Shown here piece after piece: positions 21,060 through 30,938 of a stretch of 64,000 bases of DNA. Within the stretch, counting starts at the first letter, position 1. The number at the start of each line of letters is the position of its first letter. The translations under genes were made by a program, and so were the position numbers. The notes under the pieces are model-generated. The model had not been told where the DNA came from, made no database searches, and was given only the letters and a program-made list of their open reading frames with translations. Source of the DNA: an uncultured Phycisphaerales bacterium (GTDB lineage Bacteria; Planctomycetota; Phycisphaerae; Tepidisphaerales; Tepidisphaeraceae); the NCBI GenBank assembly GCA_963758525.1, contig CAVWVQ010000003.1:1536001-1600000 (forward strand), in the 5' to 3' direction.

Positions 21060-23008
21060 GCGCGTCGGTCGAGCCCACGCAAATGAAAGTTGTCTCGCAA
21101 TCCGGCGAATGCCCGCCGGCCGAGCTTGGCGATCAGGACATTTACTTCTTCAATGAAGGCACGCACAGACGGCTGTATGAAAAGCTGGGAGCGCATTGTC
21201 TGCCGAGCGGCGGCGTCCATTTTGCGCTCTGGGCGCCCAATGCGGATCGCGTTGCAGTCATCGGCGACTTTAATGACTGGGATCAACGTCGAAATCCGAT
21301 GCAGTTGGTCGGCTCATCGGGCGTGTGGGAGGCATCCGTCCCCGATGCTCGCATCGGGTCGTTGTATAAGTTTCACATCGTCTCAAAAGTGAACGGGTAC
21401 GAAGTCGACAAGGTCGATCCGTTTGGTTTCCAGCATGCGCCGGCGCCGCGAAAAGAATCGATTGTGCGCCGGCTCGACTACGAATGGCAGGATCAGCAAT
21501 GGATGAGCGGCCGCGGCGCGCGGCAGAAGCCTAATGATCCAATCAGCGTTTATGAAGTGCATCTTGGCTCATGGATCCGTGTTCCCGAGGAGGAGAACCG
21601 CTGGCCAACCTATCGCGAGCTGGCGCCGAAGCTGGCTGACTATCTGATCGATCGCGGCTTCACGCATGTCGAATTCATGCCGGTCACGGAACACCCGTTT
21701 TACGGTTCATGGGGATACCAGACCACCGGCTACTTCGCGCCCACCAGCCGATATGGATCGCCTCAGGACCTGATGTTCCTCATTGACTATCTGCACCAGC
21801 GCGGCATCGGCGTGATTCTCGACTGGGTCCCCTCCCACTTCCCCGAAGACCAGCACGGCCTGGCGTTCTTCGACGGCACCCATCTCTTCGAGCACCAGGA
21901 CCAGCGGCAGGGATTTCACCCCGACTGGAAAACCGCCATCTTCAACTACGGCCGCCATGAGGTGCGGGCGTTTCTGCTTTCCAGCGCGCTCTTCTGGCTG
22001 GAGAAATATCACGTTGATGGGCTGCGCGTCGACGCCGTCGCGTCGATGCTGTATCTGGATTATGGACGTCGGCCCGGCGAATGGATTCCCAATGCCCTGG
22101 GCGGAAGAGAAAACCTCGAGGCCGTTGCGTTCCTTCAGCAGTTCAATCGCGAAGTGTCTGCCGTCTTCCCCGACGTGCTGACTATCGCGGAGGAATCCAC
22201 CGCCTGGCCCAAAGTCACCGCGCCGGTCAGCGACGGCGGGCTTGGATTTTCGCTCAAATGGGACATGGGATGGATGAACGACACGCTGCGTTATTTCAAG
22301 AACGATCCGATCTATCGAAAATACCATCACGGCGATCTGACCTTCCGCAGCGTCTATCAATTTGCCGAGAAGTATCTTCTGCCGCTCTCGCACGATGAGG
22401 TGGTTCACGGCAAGAGCTCGTTGCTGGGCCGCATGCCCGGCGATGTTTGGCAGAAATTTGCCAATCTTCGGCTGTTGCTGGTGAATCAATTCACCCAGCC
22501 CGGCAAGAAGTTGCTATTCATGGGTTGCGAGCTCGGCCAATGGGCGGAATGGAACCACGACGCCAGTCTCGACTGGAACCTGCTCGACTGGCCGTCGCAC
22601 CGCGGAGTTCAAAAGCTCGTCGACGACTTAAATCGTCTCTATCGGCAGCAGCCCGCGCTGCACCAGGGCGATTGCCAATCATCGGGTTTCGACTGGTTGA
22701 ATCCCGACGACGGCGCCCAGAGCACGATCGCCTTCCTCCGCCTCGGCGCAACCGCCAAAGACGTCGTTCTGATCGCGATCAACTACACTCCCGTGCCCCG
22801 GCAGAACTACCGCGTCGGCCTGCCCTTCGGCGGGACTTGGCGCGAGCTATTGAACAGCGATGCCAAAATCTACTGGGGCAGCGGCCAGGGAAACCTCGGC
22901 GAAATCGAAGCCTCCCCGATGCCCTACCACAAATGGCCCAAGTCGCTGACGCTGACGCTCCCGCCGCTGGGGGCGGTGATTCTGCAGCCTGGGGGGGTAG
23001 GGAAATAG
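21056..23008 (+). CDS. glgB: 1,4-alpha-glucan branching enzyme
   Basis: FALWAPNA, YEVHLGSW, SWGYQTTGYFAPTSRYG, DWVPSHFP, GLRVDAVASMLY, AEEST, LSHDEVVHGK, PGKKLLFMG. Confidence 0.97.
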   Translation: MSASVEPTQMKVVSQSGECPPAELGDQDIYFFNEGTHRRLYEKLGAHCLPSGGVHFALWAPNADRVAVIGDFNDWDQRRNPMQLVGSSGVWEASVPDARIGSLYKFHIVSKVNGYEVDKVDPFGFQHAPAPRKESIVRRLDYEWQDQQWMSGRGARQKPNDPISVYEVHLGSWIRVPEEENRWPTYRELAPKLADYLIDRGFTHVEFMPVTEHPFYGSWGYQTTGYFAPTSRYGSPQDLMFLIDYLHQRGIGVILDWVPSHFPEDQHGLAFFDGTHLFEHQDQRQGFHPDWKTAIFNYGRHEVRAFLLSSALFWLEKYHVDGLRVDAVASMLYLDYGRRPGEWIPNALGGRENLEAVAFLQQFNREVSAVFPDVLTIAEESTAWPKVTAPVSDGGLGFSLKWDMGWMNDTLRYFKNDPIYRKYHHGDLTFRSVYQFAEKYLLPLSHDEVVHGKSSLLGRMPGDVWQKFANLRLLLVNQFTQPGKKLLFMGCELGQWAEWNHDASLDWNLLDWPSHRGVQKLVDDLNRLYRQQPALHQGDCQSSGFDWLNPDDGAQSTIAFLRLGATAKDVVLIAINYTPVPRQNYRVGLPFGGTWRELLNSDAKIYWGSGQGNLGEIEASPMPYHKWPKSLTLTLPPLGAVILQPGGVGK

Positions 23009-23195
23009 CAGTGGCGTGCGTCTGACCGCTGTAGTTCACCCGGCGCAACATGCTCGCCAAGCGCCTCGACTATCTATGTGAAAGATCCGACTGGGCTCTG
23101 CTTCCGATTCTGGCGGTCCCTCGATGACCCGAAGCGGCGCTGGAACCCTAGTAGCGATTGATCAAAAGCAAATAATCCCGATCGCAGCAATTCGC

Positions 23196-25116
23196 TCATT
23201 TGCGCTGTCCCAGCACCGACGTGTACGCCTGCTCGGGGTGGCTTGGGTCGTCAGGGTACCTCATCCGCACTGCTTGCCGTTTGACCAACGGCGTAAGATA
23301 TCGCCTTGTCGTACCCGGCCCTCTCTTCAGCAATTGCGCTAGCTCCGAGGCGGTAAGAAAGCGATCTTGACAAAGAGCGATAATCAAGTCCTCCATCTGC
23401 TCGGGCGGCAACTTTGCCTTCTCCCGAGCGGGTTGAGCGATGGCAATAAGCGGCTCGGCATTAGGCACGTGTTTAGTTACGCCCTTCATCACACCACTTG
23501 CATCATCTGACGTGCAGCCTGCGTCATTGCTCGACAGGCCTACGTCATTGCTCCTGGAGCCTACATCGTTGAACAGGAAGCTCGGCTCTTCGATCCGAGG
23601 CCGCTGCGTCTCAAGAAGGATCTGCGGCAGTCGGTACTCGCACCAACGCCCCTTGCCAACTTGCTCTAAAAAGCTGTTTGCAACCAACCCCTGCAGTGTC
23701 CTGCTCAAGTCGGCGGGGTGATCTGTACAGACCTCTTGCAAGCGACCATTAGTCACTTTGCCTTCAATCTCAGCCGTGACCAGAGCTTGACTCTCAAGGG
23801 CGGTCAGTCCGTCCATGCGCTGCCCGAATAGCTTCCTCAGACGTTGGAGCGACTCATCGGGCAGAAAGCTTATCATCGGCATGATCAGTCGCACCCGATC
23901 CGGCCGAGCCGTCTCCTGAATCGACGGCGACCGCCACTTCTGCGAGGCCCACCCACGTCGAATCTTGTCGATGCCTGAACCTGCTCGTTCGCCGTAACCT
24001 GCAAGCGAAAACATGGTCTGGAGCACCTTGTTCCGACACTCGCTCACTCCGCCCTTGAGAAGTTGATCGAACCCGACCAAAAGCATGCCCGGATTCGAGA
24101 ACTCTAATCGATCCTTGTATTTGTCGATGACAATGCCCCCTTGCCCCCGGTAGTCGGCGTGAATCATCGCATTTGCCATAGCCTCACGAATCGCTTCATG
24201 AACCACAGTGTCGTCCTTGCGTGCCAGCCCCGGTTCGAGTTGGAACGGAATCTTGATATCGGATGTCAGCCGCACCACGACTCGCTGATAAAACTGCATT
24301 AGATTGCAGACCCATGTTCCATCGAAGGTCAATCGATCCGTCCACCGAACGCCTGGGTCATCAGCCATACGTTCACGGTAATCGAGCTGAAAGTCGGGGA
24401 CCGCGAGCGGATCACGGATTGCCTCATCCTTCCCGAACATGAGCAAGCCAGCGACGGTCAGACCTTCGGTAGCCGTCTGGCGATCCACTCGCCACGCTCC
24501 CAGCTTTTCGAGAAACGGCATTTATCTCCAATGCCAGCCAAGGATGGGAAGGGGATCGGGCCGAAAGGCGTTGCCGGTATTGCTGCACACTGGCAGCGTC
24601 CAAATCTTCGAGGCGGAAATGTTCAAGAATGCGGCTATCCAGCGAGTCCTCGGACTGGTCAGCCAACATCCGGCCCACTTCCTCTGGTCTGCATTTGAAA
24701 TCTCCCTCATAGTTGCGTCGGTACGTCCCGTCGAGCGGATTCTGTCCCACGTAGATAGGGCGCTGGCGTCGGTTCGCCCGGGGCACACGAATCGCAAGCA
24801 ATTTGGTTCCGCCCACTTCCATCACAACCGCATCGGCATCGGAAAGCAGGTTCTGGCTCACCTTCCCGCGATTATTGATGGTGTCCCAGAAGTTCTTCTT
24901 CATCCTGTCCGGGTCATCCAGACCGGTCGCAACGAATGAATTACCCCTTTGATCGACCCCCAGCACGATGATCCCGCCATCCGTGTTGGCCATCGCACTG
25001 TAGGTCTCCCACATGCTGCCGGGCAGGCCACCCTTGGCGGACTTGAATTCCCAGTCCTTCTCCTCGCCACACTTCAGCGCTTGCAGCAGGCTTTGTTCGT
25101 TGTGAATGACCGCCAT
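23196..25116 (-). CDS. AlbA_2 (Schlafen-like) domain + HATPase_c_4/RecG-C-like + winged-helix protein (frameshift near 24522)
   Basis: N-terminal GEEKDWEFKSA, WETYSAMANTDGGIIVLGV (AlbA_2). Then REAMANAMIHADY, EFSNPG, RNKVLQTMF, GERAGSG (HATPase_c_4). C-terminal HTH with a PDDPSHPEQAY tail. Confidence 0.85.
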
Positions 25117-25284
25117 CAGTGACTCTCCGGCCTGGCACTCGCTCGCCCCAGCCGCGCGGCCGCAATGGACCGCGTCCCATTGCCTCTTGACTGGTGCTGA
25201 TCCGCGGCGTGCCGTGCGGACGGCTAAGCCTATCACAAAATGCCTCCACGCTGACCCCCAAGTTTTTGGCCGGATTCCGCGCGT

Positions 25285-25402
25285 GATCCGGGTCGGCAGG
25301 CTGGCCTAAATGACTCCGATGCAATACACCCCATCATTGAGCCGGCCCGACGACGGAACCTACAGCGTGTACGTGCCCGAGCCGCCCGGCAAACCGAATT
25401 GA
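25285..25402 (+). pseudogene. degraded hicA/hicB toxin-antitoxin remnant
   Basis: From ATG 25319, MQYT..(IIEPA in a shifted frame)..DDGTYSVYVPEPPG resembles a HicB N-terminus, with a stop after 27 codons. Just upstream, RQAGL resembles a HicA C-terminus. Confidence 0.45.
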
Positions 25403-25463
25403 ACCTAATAAAAGAGGCAACGAAACGTTGATCAAGCCGAATTATTGATGCGCAGCAATCCAT

Positions 25464-26921
25464 TCACGAAGGAACCCACACGCTGACGCTGCCGGCTTTG
25501 CAGCGGAACTCCGCTTCGCCGTTCTCATCGATCGTGATCGGCTCCGGCCAGTTGCCGGTCAGGTCGCGAAACGTCGCTCCAGGGGCGCCGACTTTCATGT
25601 GTTTATTGCCGGCTTCGGAGGTGCTCGTCACGACGGCAAGACCGCCGGCATGCTCGGCGTCGCCGCTCCAGGTCCAGCCGATGCATTGCGGGTGATCCAG
25701 ATAGTCGCGCAACTCGCCATGCGCCCGCTTCGCCCGGGCGTCGAGGAGCTGGTCGATGATCTTGCGATGGCTTGTCAATTTGTTCTTCCCCTGATTGTCG
25801 CCGGAATTTCCGAAATAGTCGCCGTAAAAGATGCAGGGGTATCCGTGCTCGCGGAGGAGCACCAGCGCATAGGCGAGGGGCTTGAACCAATCGTCCACCC
25901 ACGATTGCAGTGATTGCCCCGGCTGACTGTCGTGGTTGTCGACAAATGTGACGGCCATCAGCGGATTTTCCTTGACCAGCGTGCCATCGAAGATCTTTGA
26001 CATATCGAAGTCGGCACCCTTCTTCGACGCCTCATGCAGCTTAAAGTGCAACGGCACGTCGAAGAGGCGCATGGTTCCGCCGGTGACATCTATGTATTTT
26101 TGCAGTTCCGCCAGGCTGCCCGACCAATACTCGCCCACGGCAAAAAGCTCACGGCCCTTGCGATGAGCGCGCATCTCTTCGAGCCAGCTCTTGAAAAAGC
26201 TGGCGGGCATGTGTTTCACCGCGTCCAGACGAAAGCCGTTGACGTTGGTGGTGTCGAGATACCATCGGCCCCAGTCTGCCATCTCCTTGCGCACGTCGGG
26301 GTGATAGAGATCGACGTCTGCTCCCATCAGGTAATCGAAATTTCCATGTTCGAAGCAGACCTCGCCAGAGAAGCTTTTCCCTTTCACGCGGTAGATCTTT
26401 CCGCAGTCATCCTTCACGTTTGCATCGCAGCCGAACGCGGTGAAATGCGGCCAGTGCCATTGAAACGCGGAATATTTGTTGCCCCGGCCGACAAACTTGT
26501 AGTAAGACCAGGCTCGAATCTTGTAAGCCTCGCCGATGACGACATTGCGGTCGTCGCAGTTGACCTGCTCGACTTCGACCTCTTCGGTTTCGTCTCCGCC
26601 AAGCCGGTGATCGAGCACGATATCGGCGTAGGCATCCATGCCGGCGTCCTGCACCGCGCGGACCGCGGCCAGGTATTCGTCCCGCGTCCCATACTTGGTC
26701 CGCACGCTTTTCATCTGGTCGAATTCGCCCAGGTCGTAAAGGTCGTACACGGCATAGCCGGTGTCATTGATCCCGTCGAGCGCCTTATATGCCGGCGGCA
26801 TCCACACCGCCGTCGCGCCCAGCCGCTTGATCTCCCCGGCCTGCTCCGCAAGCTGCCGCCAAAGGCTGCCGTCGTTCCGGCAGTTCCACTCGAAGTACTG
26901 AAACATGACGCCCTTGCCCAT
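25464..26921 (-). CDS. amyA: cytoplasmic alpha-amylase (GH13_5-like)
   Basis: MFQYFEW, VWMPPAYK, GYAVYDLYDLGEFDQ, RTKYGT, NFDYLMGAD, GFRLDAVKH, VGEYW, VTFVDNHDSQPGQSL, GYPCIFYGDY. Confidence 0.93.
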   Translation of the reverse strand: MGKGVMFQYFEWNCRNDGSLWRQLAEQAGEIKRLGATAVWMPPAYKALDGINDTGYAVYDLYDLGEFDQMKSVRTKYGTRDEYLAAVRAVQDAGMDAYADIVLDHRLGGDETEEVEVEQVNCDDRNVVIGEAYKIRAWSYYKFVGRGNKYSAFQWHWPHFTAFGCDANVKDDCGKIYRVKGKSFSGEVCFEHGNFDYLMGADVDLYHPDVRKEMADWGRWYLDTTNVNGFRLDAVKHMPASFFKSWLEEMRAHRKGRELFAVGEYWSGSLAELQKYIDVTGGTMRLFDVPLHFKLHEASKKGADFDMSKIFDGTLVKENPLMAVTFVDNHDSQPGQSLQSWVDDWFKPLAYALVLLREHGYPCIFYGDYFGNSGDNQGKNKLTSHRKIIDQLLDARAKRAHGELRDYLDHPQCIGWTWSGDAEHAGGLAVVTSTSEAGNKHMKVGAPGATFRDLTGNWPEPITIDENGEAEFRCKAGSVSVWVPS

Positions 26922-27025
26922 TGTGTTTGTCCTCGCAAGAGATGACTCGTCCACTCTCAGGCAAACGCCGCGCCGGAAGACCCCATCGAGTGCGGTGTCA
27001 GCCGATTTGAAAGTTTCATCGTGAG

Positions 27026-27197
27026 ACGGGCGTCCCGCCCGTGCGAGCTGCTCATCTGCGGCGTGAACGGCTTGAACTCCCGGCGTCCGTCGCCGAAGTC
27101 TGCGCGATGTAGTGAAAAAAAGTGTTCGAAAACCGCCGTCGCATTTCAAAAACGCGGTTTACTGCGTAACTTGGGCTAACACGGGCGGGACGCCCGT
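27026..27197. repeat. inverted REP doublet CACGGGCGGGACGCCCGT (REPIN-like)
   Basis: 27026-27043 is the exact reverse complement of 27180-27197, and each arm is itself an imperfect palindrome. Confidence 0.8.
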
Positions 27198-27319
27198 GCA
27201 ACGCCTGACACACGGAGAGTCCGCTCCGTCCGTGGCAGGGCGTTTCTTCCCATTGCCGCTGTTCAGACTCACCACGAAATCGGCAGCGGGGTGCTCCTGG
27301 TCGCGATTTACATCGGCGC

Positions 27320-27351
27320 AAGAAAACGGCCCCGGGCGATCACCCGGGGCC
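27320..27351 (-). terminator. probable rho-independent terminator of the ThuA-domain gene
   Basis: Stem GGCCCCGGG/CCCGGGGCC with a 6-nt loop, followed by GTTTTCTT on the minus strand, about 35 nt after the stop codon. Confidence 0.65.
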
Positions 27352-27386
27352 ATGCGAACAACATTGGTCCGATCGTCTCGGCGGCT

Positions 27387-28448
27387 TTATTTCTTCGCCT
27401 GGGCCCCCCACTGCTTCGCATCGGCGTCGGGCGTAACTTCCTTGATATTCGGCGTCACGTCCACGTCAACTTCGCCGGTGATCCAGCGCATCGCGCCCAG
27501 TGCCAGCCCCTGAAACTCCGGTTTCTCCCAGACATCTTCACGATGGCCCATTGACGTGTAAAAGACTCTTCCCTTTCCCTCCATCCGCGCCCACGTTTCC
27601 GGATAAGGCTGCCGTTCGTACATCGGGCCCCGCATGCCTTCGGTTTGCTGAGTGATGATGACGTGCAGATCGGGCGCGAAGTTTTTCAGCGAGTACCACT
27701 CTTCCTGGAACTTCGCGTCGTTCAACGGCGCCGCGCCGGGAAACTTGGGATCGACCACCTTCAGCACCGATGGCTGCTGCGCACCGTGGATGATGAATTC
27801 GCCGCCGAGCATTCGAATGTACGGGTCGAAGTCGTCCTTCCCTTCATTGCCGACATCGCGGAGCAGCTCGCCGGTTTTATGGGGGTAGGCTTTGCCGTGA
27901 AACGTGTCGCTGGCGCTGTGAAACGCCATGAATCCCTTGCCGTTTTTGATCGCGTCGAGGAATGCAGCCTTGCCGGCGTCGCCCATGCCGGGCTCTTTGC
28001 TGATCAATTCCCCCTTCTCCATGATCGTCTTGCCCTTGTCGTCTTTTGCCGGCTTCCCGTCCGCGTCCAGCTTGGGAACCATCTTGTATTTGTCCGAATC
28101 CTTGGTGAGATCGCCGGTGGTATAGAATGCAATCCCGTCGAACTTCGCCAGATACTCGGGGGTGAACAGCGAGCCGTCCTTGCTGCAGGTCACCTCAAAA
28201 CCGTTCTTCGCCCCGAATTCGGTCAGCAGCTTCTCGGCAAACGACAACTCGTCGGCTGACTTGCGCGTGATCACGCTGTGCTGAAAACCCGACGATTTGG
28301 TGAAGAACAGGATCTTCTTCGAACCCGCTGCCGCGGCATCCTCGCCCCGGGCCACACGGGCAAGGAAAGGCGACACTGCCAGAGCAGCGGCCCCGGCGCT
28401 GATCGACTTAAGCACATCACGACGATTGACTTCATGGCGGTTGGACAT
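27387..28448 (-). CDS. ThuA domain-containing protein with Tat signal
   Basis: NRRDVLK Tat motif; KILFFTKSSGFQHS, FHSASDT, MLGGEFIIHG, EEWY, GKGRVFYTSMGH. Confidence 0.88.
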   Translation of the reverse strand: MSNRHEVNRRDVLKSISAGAAALAVSPFLARVARGEDAAAAGSKKILFFTKSSGFQHSVITRKSADELSFAEKLLTEFGAKNGFEVTCSKDGSLFTPEYLAKFDGIAFYTTGDLTKDSDKYKMVPKLDADGKPAKDDKGKTIMEKGELISKEPGMGDAGKAAFLDAIKNGKGFMAFHSASDTFHGKAYPHKTGELLRDVGNEGKDDFDPYIRMLGGEFIIHGAQQPSVLKVVDPKFPGAAPLNDAKFQEEWYSLKNFAPDLHVIITQQTEGMRGPMYERQPYPETWARMEGKGRVFYTSMGHREDVWEKPEFQGLALGAMRWITGEVDVDVTPNIKEVTPDADAKQWGAQAKK

Positions 28449-28551
28449 GGATTCCCTTGCAGTTAAAGGTTGAGCGATAACTCTCCTATCGCCGGGGTGA
28501 TAAGACGTTGATGGGCAGTATAACGCCATGCGTGGGGGCAGTGCATTTGTA

Positions 28552-30000
28552 TCAGGCGCGCCGGGTGTGCCAGTCGGTGGCGGCTTCGTACATTCTCGCG
28601 ATGCGGAGCAACTTTTCTTCGCTGAAAGCGGGGCCGAGAAGCTGCAGTCCGATCGGGAGCGGCTTGTCGGCGCTTGTAAAACCGCAGGGAATGCTGAGCC
28701 CCGCGATGCCGGCAATGTTGCAGGTGACGGTGAAGACATCGCAGAGATACATCTGCAGCGGATCGCCGGTTTTTTCGCCCGCCTTGAAGGCGGGCGTCGG
28801 ACTCGTGGGGCAGAGGATCGCGTCGCATTTTGCGAACGCTTCGTCGAAATCCTTGCGAATCAGGGAACGAATCTTCAAGGCGCGGACGTAGAAGGCGTCG
28901 TAATACCCGTGACTGAGGGCGTAGGTGCCGATCATGATGCGCCGCTGCACTTCGGGCCCGAAGGCTTCGGCCCGGGACCGGCTCACCAGATCGATGATGT
29001 CGGTGACAGGCTCGCGGGTGCGATGGCCGAAATGAATGCCGTCGTAGCGGGCGAGATTACTGGATGCTTCGCAGGGGGCAATGATGTAGTAGGCGGCGAT
29101 GCCGTACTCGGTGTGCGGCAACGAGACATCGACAAGCTCGGCGCCAAGATCCTGATATTTTTTCTTCGCCGCCGCGATTGCCGCCTGCACCTGCGGATCG
29201 ACGCCGGCGGCGTGCTCGTATTCGCGCGCGATGCCAATGCGAAGGTTTTCGACCGGCCTTTCCAGATCGGCCAGATAATCGGGGACGGGAAGCGGAACGC
29301 TGGTGCTGTCTTTGGGATCGTGGCCGGCGATGACGTTCAACAGCAGCGCCGCATCGGCGACCGTGCGTCCAAACGGCCCGATCTGATCCAGAGAGCTTGC
29401 GAACGCGACCAGCCCGTAGCGGCTCACGCGCCCGTAGGTTGGCTTGAGACCGACAAGGCCGCACAGGGCCGCCGGCTGGCGGATGGAGCCGCCCGTGTCG
29501 GAGCCGATCGAGGCGCAGCACATCCCGGCGGCGAGCGCCGCGGCTGAGCCTCCCGAGCTTCCGCCGGGAACGCGCGACGCGTCCCAGGGATTGCGCGTGG
29601 TGCGAAACGCGCTGTTCTCGGTGGAGCTGCCCATGGCGAATTCATCGAGATTGGTCTTTCCGATGAAAACCGCCCCGGCGGCATCGAGCAGCTTCACCAC
29701 CGTCGCATCGTATGGAGAGCGGAAATGTTCGAGCATGCGCGAGGAACAGGTCGTCAGACCAAACGACGTGCAAAGATTGTCCTTCAAGGCGATCGGCACG
29801 CCCGCCAGCGGCCCAGTCCGCCGGCCCTCGTCGACGGATCGTGCCTGATCGAGGGCGCGATCACCCAGAACGCTGTTGAACGCCTGAATCTCAGGATCAC
29901 GGCGTGCGATTTCGTCCAGAAATTTGCGCGTCAGCTCGACGCAAGAGATGTTCTTGTCTCGAATCGCGTCCCGGGCGGAGATGAGGGAATCAAAGGGCAT
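28552..30000 (-). CDS. gatA: Asp-tRNA(Asn)/Glu-tRNA(Gln) amidotransferase subunit A
   Basis: IALKDN, GKTNLDEFAMGSSTENS, PGGSSGGSAA, GSDTGGSIRQPA, EASSNLARYDG, RRIMIGTYALS. Confidence 0.97.
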   Translation of the reverse strand: MPFDSLISARDAIRDKNISCVELTRKFLDEIARRDPEIQAFNSVLGDRALDQARSVDEGRRTGPLAGVPIALKDNLCTSFGLTTCSSRMLEHFRSPYDATVVKLLDAAGAVFIGKTNLDEFAMGSSTENSAFRTTRNPWDASRVPGGSSGGSAAALAAGMCCASIGSDTGGSIRQPAALCGLVGLKPTYGRVSRYGLVAFASSLDQIGPFGRTVADAALLLNVIAGHDPKDSTSVPLPVPDYLADLERPVENLRIGIAREYEHAAGVDPQVQAAIAAAKKKYQDLGAELVDVSLPHTEYGIAAYYIIAPCEASSNLARYDGIHFGHRTREPVTDIIDLVSRSRAEAFGPEVQRRIMIGTYALSHGYYDAFYVRALKIRSLIRKDFDEAFAKCDAILCPTSPTPAFKAGEKTGDPLQMYLCDVFTVTCNIAGIAGLSIPCGFTSADKPLPIGLQLLGPAFSEEKLLRIARMYEAATDWHTRRA

Positions 30001-30089
30001 GGGTCAAAGGAAGGGACCGAGGCACCGAGGCACGAAGGGCAGAAACGGACGACTTGGCGGAGCCGTGATGGCGCGGGGGGAGTTGGGGA

Positions 30090-30185
30090 TTGCAAATTGA
30101 GGATTGCAAATTGCAAATTGGGGGAAAGACGCTCCCCGTGCTCTCTTCAATTTGCAATTTGCAATTTGCAATCCTCAATTTGCAA
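30090..30185. repeat. heptamer-based (TTGCAAA) inverted repeat
   Basis: Perfect 31-bp inverted arms at 30090-30120 and 30155-30185, built of TTGCAAA/TTTGCAA units, between gatC and gatA. Confidence 0.9.
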
Positions 30186-30211
30186 CTCCTTGCTTCCGGC
30201 TTCTCGCTCCC

Positions 30212-30529
30212 TCACCCGGCGGAGTTTTCCTCTGCGCCGAGGATCCTGGGAACCTTGAAAAATGGCCCATCGGTATCAGGCGCGTTTTGCAGCACCTGTT
30301 GCACCGAAAGGCTCGGAGTGACGACGTCATCCCGAAATACATTATGGAGGGGAAGCGCGTGGGCCATCGGTTCCACGCCGGTGACATCGGCGCGGCTGAT
30401 CTGATCGACGTAGCCGAGAATCGCTTCGAGCTGATCGGTCAGTCGCTGAAGTGTTTGATCGTCAAGAGCGAGGCGCGCCAGACGAGCGACCTTGCGAACG
30501 TCGTCGAGCGTGAGCTTGCCGGTGGACAT
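30212..30529 (-). CDS. gatC: Asp-tRNA(Asn)/Glu-tRNA(Gln) amidotransferase subunit C
   Basis: VRKVARLARL, ILGYVDQI, VEPMAH, FRDD, NAP, FFKVPRIL; lies upstream of gatA. Confidence 0.96.
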   Translation of the reverse strand: MSTGKLTLDDVRKVARLARLALDDQTLQRLTDQLEAILGYVDQISRADVTGVEPMAHALPLHNVFRDDVVTPSLSVQQVLQNAPDTDGPFFKVPRILGAEENSAG

Positions 30530-30567
30530 ACCCCGGGGAAAAATCGATCGCTGTTTGTGACTGCGGG

Positions 30568-30834
30568 CTAGGCTGCCGCCCCGGTGGCCTTCACGTAGTT
30601 GCGACGGACTGGCTTGACGACCATGCCGTTGCGAATCGCCTTGACGCTCACTTTGATGCGGACGACGCTGCCGTTGACCACGGCGCGCACCTTCTGGATG
30701 TTCGGCTTGAACTTCCGGCTGCTGATGCCGGTGGTCTTTGTGCCGACGCCGCCCAGATACTTCGCCTTGCCGCGATGGGTGATCTGATGGCCGAATGTGG
30801 TCTTCTTACCGGTGAAATAGCATACGCGTGGCAT
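30568..30834 (-). CDS. rpmB: 50S ribosomal protein L28
   Basis: MPRVCYFTGKK..FG..ITHRGKAKYLGGVG.KTTGIS.RKFKPNIQ. Confidence 0.95.
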   Translation of the reverse strand: MPRVCYFTGKKTTFGHQITHRGKAKYLGGVGTKTTGISSRKFKPNIQKVRAVVNGSVVRIKVSVKAIRNGMVVKPVRRNYVKATGAAA

Positions 30835-30938
30835 CGAGTTACCTTCTGAAAATCGAGCCGGGCAGTTTAGGAGCAGGTGCTGGGGATTACAAGAGGCTTG
30901 GGGAAGAAATTGGTGGCGGTCGCGCGGAGCCTGGGGAC

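Noticed and set aside
27387..28448. ThuA-domain protein as part of the trehalose cluster
   Set aside because: ThuA-like domains are abundant and functionally generic in this group. The gene follows gatA and has its own terminator.
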